The notes below the pieces were generated by a model that saw only the letters and a list, made by a program, of their open reading frames with translations, had not been told where the DNA came from and did not search any database. DNA of 64,000 nt from Candidatus Zixiibacteriota bacterium (lineage in GTDB: Bacteria > Zixibacteria > MSB-5A5 > GN15 > FEB-12), in the NCBI GenBank assembly GCA_035380245.1, contig DAOSXA010000004.1, positions 13,421 through 77,420 of the forward strand, read 5' to 3'. Both the position numbers and the translations under genes were made by a program. This document shows, piece after piece, positions 49,822 through 57,465 of this stretch (position 1 is its first letter; the number at the start of each line of letters is the position of its first letter).

Positions 49822-52080
49822 TCAGTGTAGTATGCTGATGTAAAAAACCCCGCCGGTGTCAAATGATGTTGTGGTAACGGCTGTCTGGTCCCTGCCGACT
49901 ACAACGAGGTTGGTCTTCCCGAGGCCGCGTATCTGCAGTCCGCCGCCAACCTGAACCAGAGCACGATCCTGATCTATAAATTCCAAGAAACGGAAGGCAT
50001 GGGTGGGCCCACCGAAAAAAACGGTCACCCGGAACATCTCACCGGGCACGACGTGGTAGATACGGATGTTCTCTGTGGTCTCATGTGGCGGAACGAATGA
50101 CGACCCACCCCATGAGTAGTTTCTTATGAGAAACGTAGCGGCCTTGGAGCTAGTTCCAGGCGAAGTATTTTCGTCCGTACGGCGGGAGCGCAGAGTGATC
50201 TCAACCGGTTTGAGTGAATTGGCTCGTATCTTGTTTACAATAAACGCCACCGAATCATATCCCCGTCGCCAGACGTGCAGGATGAGTGAGTCTCCCATCA
50301 GCGAGCAGGGCAATCGGAAACGGCCTTCCTTGTCCGTTTTGACTCGGTTTCCGGTGTTCTGTAGAATTATTTTTGCTCCCGAAACTGGTTTATCTTTGGC
50401 TCCATCGTAAACTTGTCCAATAATGCCCGGTTCCGGAAAGGGAAGCCTTCTGATCCGCTTGTCATATTGATCACACCTGGCAGTGTCATGTCCCGTGCTC
50501 ATCTTTACATCAAAGGCGAGTATACTGTCTTTTGCCAGATCGACGTTCTCCCAGACGACAGTATTGTAATGCGGTCTCGATACCGTCACAGTGTAGCGCC
50601 CTTGCGGGATCGGCTTCACCATCGGGTTCCATTGGGCAGACTTGTTGAAGTTGTCGCCTACGATACTCACATCTGTCGAATCCAGCACATTCACTGTGGA
50701 GGGGTCAGTGATCTTAACATAGATGATGCCCTTAGGTAGGGTATCTATGTAGTACATGGGCGGAATCGTAATTTCAGGCATGATGACTTTTGCCGATGGG
50801 GGAAGCTGAAGTTTATTTGTCGTGTCTGATCTGGAGGATTGGGCTGATGATGCGAATACCCCATCCTGAAGGGACTGCACCTCGAACGTCGCCCAAGTGT
50901 GACCGTGTCCGAAAGGAGCACATACAGTGTCTGGAAGCCTCGCTATGTCGTGAAACAATTCGGTGCGGCCGAGAATGTCGTAACGTGCGCCGATAAATCT
51001 CGCGAAGTCACGCCATGCCGGCTGGTCGGAGAAGCTTTCGACCAATACAGGACCCGGGCCGTGCCGGAAGCTCCAACGGTCGGCCGGGCTGAGGAGTTGT
51101 CCCCGATTAACCGGTACAGTGTAATAATCCTCTGTTATTATACCTTTCCTCCCGAGGTTGTTTCGATAGATCCTAACGACAAGACATTCCAAAGATTCGT
51201 CCGGCGAAATTGCTGTATCTTGCCAGTAGTAGAAGCGGAAGTCCTTTTGCTCCCGTTTATGCGACTTGTTCACGTCGTAGGCATATACCGGCCCGTCTGG
51301 GGGGGTCACTCTGATTTCGTACCAATCCGCATCCATCGGTGTTATAAACGAGAATCGCCCTCTTTCATCCGTAAGCGTACTACACGGCGGGGGCAACAGG
51401 ACGTCTACCGAGTAGGGGCTGAAGTGTTTCTTATGACCTCTTTGGATCAGTTCACTAAGAGTAAGATATCGCATCGAGACAGCAGTGTTTTCGATACCCT
51501 GGCCAGTCGCCAAGTCCAGCACCTTCCCATGTATCTTACCATCCTGCAGCCAGGGGATTGATCCTTCCTCGACTTCTGACTGCCAGAAGGCGGTATCAGA
51601 TTCACGGTTCCATACAAGGACTACAACCACCTTAGAATCTTTTCTGACTGAGAACGAGCCTTGCCACGCCTCTTCTATACCATCAACGCTTACGGTCAAG
51701 CTAATTTCACCAACTGGAATCCATCGTCCTTTCCAGATAAAAGCCGCTGGGCCATCGAACTGCTCTTTATTGTTCTGATCAACTGTTACATGAGCGGAGA
51801 ACAATTCATACATGTCACACTCGTCCAGAACCTGGACACAGACCAGTCCGACACTTTGACGTTCGTCTTGTACCATATACTCACGCAGCAGTGTCGCTCG
51901 ATTTCGTACGTTCCCGGGACCAAGTTGAGGAACGTTTTCTTTGGTATGTGGAGGATTATTAGCTTGCGAACAATCACCGTAGTAGTGTTCATCGCGTTCG
52001 GCGTTGGCGACGGCAGCAAGGGCAATTAAGAACAGGATGAAGATATATCTGACGGTACTCAAAGGTACTCCTCCCTTCAT
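49822..52080 (-). CDS. Hypothetical secreted protein (752 aa) with carboxypeptidase-regulatory-like (CarbopepD_reg) beta-sandwich segments
   Basis: Signal peptide ...AAVANAE. Segments such as GQVYDGAKDKPVSGAKIILQNTGNRVKTDKEGRFRL and GKVLDLATGQGIENTAVSM resemble that domain. Confidence 0.6.
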   Translation of the reverse strand: MKGGVPLSTVRYIFILFLIALAAVANAERDEHYYGDCSQANNPPHTKENVPQLGPGNVRNRATLLREYMVQDERQSVGLVCVQVLDECDMYELFSAHVTVDQNNKEQFDGPAAFIWKGRWIPVGEISLTVSVDGIEEAWQGSFSVRKDSKVVVVLVWNRESDTAFWQSEVEEGSIPWLQDGKIHGKVLDLATGQGIENTAVSMRYLTLSELIQRGHKKHFSPYSVDVLLPPPCSTLTDERGRFSFITPMDADWYEIRVTPPDGPVYAYDVNKSHKREQKDFRFYYWQDTAISPDESLECLVVRIYRNNLGRKGIITEDYYTVPVNRGQLLSPADRWSFRHGPGPVLVESFSDQPAWRDFARFIGARYDILGRTELFHDIARLPDTVCAPFGHGHTWATFEVQSLQDGVFASSAQSSRSDTTNKLQLPPSAKVIMPEITIPPMYYIDTLPKGIIYVKITDPSTVNVLDSTDVSIVGDNFNKSAQWNPMVKPIPQGRYTVTVSRPHYNTVVWENVDLAKDSILAFDVKMSTGHDTARCDQYDKRIRRLPFPEPGIIGQVYDGAKDKPVSGAKIILQNTGNRVKTDKEGRFRLPCSLMGDSLILHVWRRGYDSVAFIVNKIRANSLKPVEITLRSRRTDENTSPGTSSKAATFLIRNYSWGGSSFVPPHETTENIRIYHVVPGEMFRVTVFFGGPTHAFRFLEFIDQDRALVQVGGGLQIRGLGKTNLVVVGRDQTAVTTTSFDTGGVFYISILH

Positions 52081-52131
52081 GCAGGTAGAACCTATATTCA
52101 GACTCCCGACCTAGGTGAATTGTTTAATCCC

Positions 52132-52240
52132 TTATCTCAGGGCAGGTTCGAAGACGGACCTGCCCTTTGCTTGTCCGTGGGCGGCAGACTCGTCTGCCCC
52201 GTATCACGATTCTTTGGCACGTCTCGGAGAGAGACGTGCC
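52132..52240 (+). repeat. Composite three-hairpin repeat, copy B2 (109 bp), in direct orientation to B1
   Basis: It has the same three hairpins in the same order, with a 4-nt indel in the loop of hairpin 2. It is followed by an inverted GTAGGTCCGGTTGCTTGCAACCTGAC module. Confidence 0.9.
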
Positions 52241-52307
52241 ACAGTGTCAGGTTGCAAGCAACCGGACCTACTAAAGATCGCTTCCTTCAATGTTCGTCCG
52301 CGCTATG

Positions 52308-53765
52308 CTACACGTCCGGGGCCTCGAATTTCCGCACCCAGCGGCTGTAGAGGTACATACCGATCGCTGATGCAATACCTATCGCCGCAAACTGATACCA
52401 TAACTCGTACGGCTTGTAGGCGGCCCAGAGTACATCCGTCACCTGCTGGTGCGAGGTGCCGGTCAGCTCAACCAGCTTGTTCATCGCCTCCGGCCGGGCG
52501 ACATCGGTGATGTTGTAATTTTTCGACAGGTAGTCCAGGGCAAGGTTGGCCTTGTCGCCGTAATTATCGTAGACATGCCCGGCAAAAAGCGATCCGACCG
52601 CCCAGCCTATCCCCTGCGGGATGTTGGCGTAGCCCATGTACAGCCCCTTCTTCCCCTCCGGAGCGATGACGCCGAGATACTCATTCATTTTAGGGGAGGA
52701 CATCATCTCACCGACCGAGAAGGTCAGGATGCCGAGCAGGCAAAACAGCCCGGCGGTAGTAAAACCGGCCATGACCAGACCGACCGAGGAGATAACAATG
52801 CCCCAGAAAATCGAAGTTACTCTTCGCATACGGCGCACCAAATAAGAGACGAAAATAACGGCAATAACGATCAGGCCGGCGTTGGCATTGATGAGCCATT
52901 CCTGTGAAATCTGCGGGGCGCGGGGCGAGTTGGCATGAAGCATCCATTCCGGCAAACCCAGAGTTTTAACCAGACCCGAGGAGTTGGTCCAGTCGACGAT
53001 GAAGTTCGGCAACATGTCAAACAACTGCATGAACATGAGCCAGAAACCGGACATGATCAGGATGAACCAAAACAACCGCAGGTCGAAGATGTTCTTGAGC
53101 GTGACCCAGAAGACTTGAAAGGGATTCCCTACTTGTTCTCCTCCCGGCTCCGGGTCCTTGTAGGTAAAGAGCATAAACAGGTTGAGCGACACGATAACAG
53201 CACAGCCATAGAATACCACCGGCCACGACCACCCGTACAGGTAATGGGCCAGAGGCGGGCCGAGAAAGCCGCCGATGTTGACCAGCATATAGAATGTTCC
53301 CCAACCGACTGAGGAGTTCTTCTTGGTCAGGGTTTGACACATAGTCCCCTGAACACCCGGTTTGAAAATAGCGGTGCCGAGTGCCAGGGTACAGCAACCG
53401 ATGAAGAACGGCCAGAATTCACGCTGCGTGGCCATCAGAATGTATCCGAGAGCCTTGATAAACACCGAAGCCGCGATGGTTTTCTTGTAACCGTAGCGGT
53501 CGGCGAAACCGCCCGAGAACATGGGCGTAATCGACTGAAAAATTGCCCACCAGAAAAAGATGATCCCCTTATCAATCTGGGAAAAATGCAAACCTCCAAT
53601 CTCATCGGCCTGGGCGATGTAGATCGGGATAACGACACGAACACCGTAGTAGGCCAGGCGTTCGAGCATTTCCATAACGTTGACCATCCAGAACGGTCGA
53701 CTCAACGAACCCAGTTGGGTTAAAAGGTTCTCATGCGATGATGCGGCCGGGGAAGTTGCTGCCAT
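52308..53765 (-). CDS. MFS transporter, proton-dependent oligopeptide transporter (POT/PTR2)-like
   Basis: The MEMLERLAYYGVRVVIPIYI motif resembles the POT ExxERFxYYG signature. GGFADRYGYKKTI. About 12 or more TM. Confidence 0.7.
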   Translation of the reverse strand: MAATSPAASSHENLLTQLGSLSRPFWMVNVMEMLERLAYYGVRVVIPIYIAQADEIGGLHFSQIDKGIIFFWWAIFQSITPMFSGGFADRYGYKKTIAASVFIKALGYILMATQREFWPFFIGCCTLALGTAIFKPGVQGTMCQTLTKKNSSVGWGTFYMLVNIGGFLGPPLAHYLYGWSWPVVFYGCAVIVSLNLFMLFTYKDPEPGGEQVGNPFQVFWVTLKNIFDLRLFWFILIMSGFWLMFMQLFDMLPNFIVDWTNSSGLVKTLGLPEWMLHANSPRAPQISQEWLINANAGLIVIAVIFVSYLVRRMRRVTSIFWGIVISSVGLVMAGFTTAGLFCLLGILTFSVGEMMSSPKMNEYLGVIAPEGKKGLYMGYANIPQGIGWAVGSLFAGHVYDNYGDKANLALDYLSKNYNITDVARPEAMNKLVELTGTSHQQVTDVLWAAYKPYELWYQFAAIGIASAIGMYLYSRWVRKFEAPDV

Positions 53766-53918
53766 AGGTATTCCTTATTGTTTAGTACGCTTCACACCCA
53801 AGTAAACGGGGGGCAGAGGCCGCGTCAACTGCTGATTGCACCTTGACAGATCAATCGATTCCACTATTTTATGATAAATCTTCTCTTCGTTCTTACCTGA
53901 ACAAATCGGAGGTGTGCG

Positions 53919-56900
53919 GTGAAAAATATCCCCAAAGGACTACTCTTAATTACAGCATTACTGTTGCTATCGTCAGCGATCCTGGCTCGATCGTATGCCG
54001 AAGCACCGGTCGACAGCCGTGATCTGGACAATACTACGTACATCGACGGCAACAACATACTGATGTTCGTTACCAACCACGGCAGTTTCGGCCGTGACTT
54101 GGATGATGTTTTCGGATATGACGCCGGTACCTTCTACCCCTACGTGGACATCGGCAGCATAGAAGACGGAAGCCTGAGTAACTATGTTCTCTATGCCGCA
54201 GGTATATGGCTTGGCGGTAAAATCGCCGGAGATACCCGTCTTGCTATCGCCGAATACAACGATGAGTACGTCCCGGGGCCGATGAGCGGCGGCACTTATA
54301 TGCCCGATTCACCTGAGTTCCACACCTATAAGCTCTACTCCGACTCTTTGGCTGATAATCCAAACGATGACTACAACAACTGGCCGGTAGCACAGGGAGC
54401 ACCGGTTGACAGTCTTGGCAATCCGGCTATGATCGGCAATCAGCTCACCTGGTCGGTGTTTAACGATGCCAATCCGTCTGAGCATTTGAACAATGCCGGT
54501 GAAACCGCTCCGCTCGGAGTGGAAATCAGGCATACCACATTCACCTTCGAAACGGACAATGCCCTGAACTCGGTGATTTTCCACCGGTGGGTGCTGGTCA
54601 ATAAAGGTGATCAGGATATAAGCGATTTCTATTTTTCGCTCTGGACCGATCCGGACCTTGGCGAATACACCGACGATCTGGTTGGTTGCGACACCCTGCT
54701 TCAACTAGGTTTTTGTTATAACGCCGACAACAATGATGCCAACCATTACGGGAGCACTCCCCCCTGCATTGGTTTCCAGATGTTGCAATCCCCGATGATA
54801 TATACCGGAAACATGGATGATACCGTGCGTATGTGGGGAAGAACCTGGCCGGGTTATATCAACATCGGCATAACGTCGTTCAATAAGTATATCAATGGAA
54901 CTGATCCTAACTCTGCAGAAGAGTCATATAACTACATGCAGGGTTTGCTTGCCGACGGTTCCCCTTACATATATAACGGCCAGGAGTTGAGGTACGTGGC
55001 GAGCGGCGATCCGGTAGCCGGAACCGGCGATCTGGACTTCGATCCGGCTGATCGAAGGATGATGCTTGGCGCGGGACCGATCTCGTTCAGTCCGGGTGAC
55101 AGCACTGAAGTCTATACCGCTATGATAGTAGCACGCGGGTCGGACCGGTTGACCTCAATCAACCTGGTGAAAGCCGCCACGACCGAAGTTCAGCAGGTTT
55201 ACGAAAACGACTTCGAGTCAAGCGAACCGCCTATCGACGATCCGTTCCTGGTTGAATTTGACTATGACGAAAACAGCATGGAGTTGGCCTGGAGTGAAGC
55301 CCCGGTGGGACCGAGCGGATACGATTTTCAGGGCTTCCGACTCAAAATGCAAACCGATTCGGGTTATTCCGAGTTCGCTGAGTTCGACATCGCCGACGGC
55401 CTGACTGTGTTCGTGGATGAAGTGTGGGATCCGACAACTGGAACAACCGTCATCGATACGGTCTTCCTGGGTTCCGACAATGGCCTGACCTATGCCCTGA
55501 GCCTGCCGGACAAACCGTTTTCTCATGAACCGTGGATGCCGGGAGAGATTCATCGCTTCCAGCTTGAACGGCTCTACTGGAATCCGAACGGATCGACGGG
55601 GACAAAGCTGTACGCTTCGGTGTTCAACTATAGTATTACCATCGTTTCGGGTTTGCGGCGGGAAGTTCCCGCCCAATATCCAACCATCCAGGCGGCCGTG
55701 GATGAAGCTGTCTACACCGATACGGTCGTGGTTGCCCCCGGTATTTACTACGAACACGACATTACGGTTGACAAAGCAGTGCCGGTGATCGGCGAAACGG
55801 GCGATCCCGCGGATGTCGTGGTTGATGCTGAAGGACTGGGACGCGGCTTCATTTTGGGTGACGTTTCCACTCTGATGACGCGTCTGCTCGGCTTGACGAT
55901 CATTCACGGACAAACTACGCGCGACGGTCTCGGACCGGTGGGGGGAGGCATTTACGCCGGGATGGCCAATATCCGCAATTGTACCTTTACGGAAAATGTT
56001 GCCGACAGCGGCGCGGCGCTCAGGATTGTCTGGGGTCAGGTCGACAGTTGCCGGTTTTTCGACAATACTGCCTCCGGGGGAGGAGCTGTCTACAATGTAT
56101 CACAGGCCGTCCAGATTACCAACTCCGTATTCGCCGGCAATCAGGCTGATGCAGGCGGCGCGGTCCACGGCTACAGCGTTGATATTCACAACTGTACGTT
56201 CGTCAACAACACCGCGGAGTTGGGTGCGGTGATCTATGCCGCCCATCCCCTCAGCTTCTATATGGACAAGTCGATCGTGGTCGCCAACACCGCCGAGGTA
56301 ATGATTCAGACCACTTCGACCGATCCGGGACAGCGGCTCAGTTGCAACGATTTCTACGGCAACAGCGGAGTTATGTGGCCGGGCGCAACCGAGGACGACA
56401 TCACAACTTCCGGTAACCTCTCGGCCGACCCGCAATTCTGCGATCCCGAAAACCGCAACTTCAGTTTGCGCGGCTATTCGTTCTGTCTGCCGGACGGCAA
56501 TGCGTGTGACACCTTGATTGGAGCCCTTGACGAAGGCTGCGCCGGAGTAAAGGTATTGATGGAACCAGGCGTTCTTCCAATTTTCTACGCCAATGCCGTA
56601 GAACCGATGACGCTGCACGTTTACCTGGGCGATATCTCAGACGGCGCACCGGTTTCCGAGATTAATGCGGGCTCGTTCATCCTGAACGGAACCTTCCTGC
56701 CCGAAGCAACGGAATATGTCTCCGGCATTCCGGACTTCGAGGGTGAAGTGCTGGATCTGCAATTCAACATGGCGAGTTTCATTCATGCGTTCGGTTATTT
56801 CACCGGTGTTATCGACACTACCTATTCGCTGACCGGCAACTGGCTTACCGGCGATGAGATTACCTACAGCGGCCCGGTGGTTTTGCTCGGTCGTGTTCCG

Positions 56901-57107
56901 GGTGATGTAACCGCCGATGGCGTTGTTGACATTTCCGACCTGGTTGGACTAGCCGCGTTCACATTCCAGCAAGGCAGGCGACCGAAGGATCTGATGGCTG
57001 CCGACTTGAACTGCTCGGGAGAAATTGACATCAGTGACGTGGTAATGCTGGTTGAGTTCATGTTCAACGGCGGTACGGCACCAGAACCATGTCCGAACGA
57101 CCAATGA
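53919..57107 (+). CDS. Large secreted protein (1062 aa) with a right-handed beta-helix (Pmp/pectate-lyase-like) repeat region and a C-terminal dockerin-like double repeat
   Basis: GTG start with a GGAGG upstream and a signal peptide. Repeats include GGGIYAG...NCTFTENVADSGAAL...FFDNTASGGGAVYN...VFAGNQADAGGAVHG...NCTFVNNTAELGAVIYA. The tail is GDVTADGVVDISDLVGL...DLNCSGEIDISDVVMLVEFMFNGG. Confidence 0.8.
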   Translation: MKNIPKGLLLITALLLLSSAILARSYAEAPVDSRDLDNTTYIDGNNILMFVTNHGSFGRDLDDVFGYDAGTFYPYVDIGSIEDGSLSNYVLYAAGIWLGGKIAGDTRLAIAEYNDEYVPGPMSGGTYMPDSPEFHTYKLYSDSLADNPNDDYNNWPVAQGAPVDSLGNPAMIGNQLTWSVFNDANPSEHLNNAGETAPLGVEIRHTTFTFETDNALNSVIFHRWVLVNKGDQDISDFYFSLWTDPDLGEYTDDLVGCDTLLQLGFCYNADNNDANHYGSTPPCIGFQMLQSPMIYTGNMDDTVRMWGRTWPGYINIGITSFNKYINGTDPNSAEESYNYMQGLLADGSPYIYNGQELRYVASGDPVAGTGDLDFDPADRRMMLGAGPISFSPGDSTEVYTAMIVARGSDRLTSINLVKAATTEVQQVYENDFESSEPPIDDPFLVEFDYDENSMELAWSEAPVGPSGYDFQGFRLKMQTDSGYSEFAEFDIADGLTVFVDEVWDPTTGTTVIDTVFLGSDNGLTYALSLPDKPFSHEPWMPGEIHRFQLERLYWNPNGSTGTKLYASVFNYSITIVSGLRREVPAQYPTIQAAVDEAVYTDTVVVAPGIYYEHDITVDKAVPVIGETGDPADVVVDAEGLGRGFILGDVSTLMTRLLGLTIIHGQTTRDGLGPVGGGIYAGMANIRNCTFTENVADSGAALRIVWGQVDSCRFFDNTASGGGAVYNVSQAVQITNSVFAGNQADAGGAVHGYSVDIHNCTFVNNTAELGAVIYAAHPLSFYMDKSIVVANTAEVMIQTTSTDPGQRLSCNDFYGNSGVMWPGATEDDITTSGNLSADPQFCDPENRNFSLRGYSFCLPDGNACDTLIGALDEGCAGVKVLMEPGVLPIFYANAVEPMTLHVYLGDISDGAPVSEINAGSFILNGTFLPEATEYVSGIPDFEGEVLDLQFNMASFIHAFGYFTGVIDTTYSLTGNWLTGDEITYSGPVVLLGRVPGDVTADGVVDISDLVGLAAFTFQQGRRPKDLMAADLNCSGEIDISDVVMLVEFMFNGGTAPEPCPNDQ

Positions 57108-57132
57108 TCCGATTGGAGATATTCTTGATTTG

Positions 57133-57164
57133 TAGGGCGCCCAATTTGGCGCCCTATTTCTTTG
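57133..57164 (+). terminator. Rho-independent terminator (GTAG-headed hairpin)
   Basis: tGTAGGGCGCC-caattt-GGCGCCCTA followed by tttcttt. Confidence 0.75.
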
Positions 57165-57465
57165 GGTTAAAACAACTTAACTATAAAAAGCGGAGAAAGA
57201 TGTTGCAATTGATACTAAGCTGGACTATTATTAATGGTTGTGCTGTAATAGGAATGCTTTTGCGGCGGGTGTCGTAGTGCGACATCAATGCGCCTTTTTA
57301 TCTTTTGGCGGCCACTAGCGCCAGGGCGTCTCTTTGTCCCGGTCAGCCGCGAAGCATAAGTGTCTGCACGTTGACAGACAAAGGATTAACGGATGACTCA
57401 ATTCTGTACGTCAATAGCCGGGACCGGTACCGCCGGATTGAGTCACATTATTGGTTGTATCTTAG

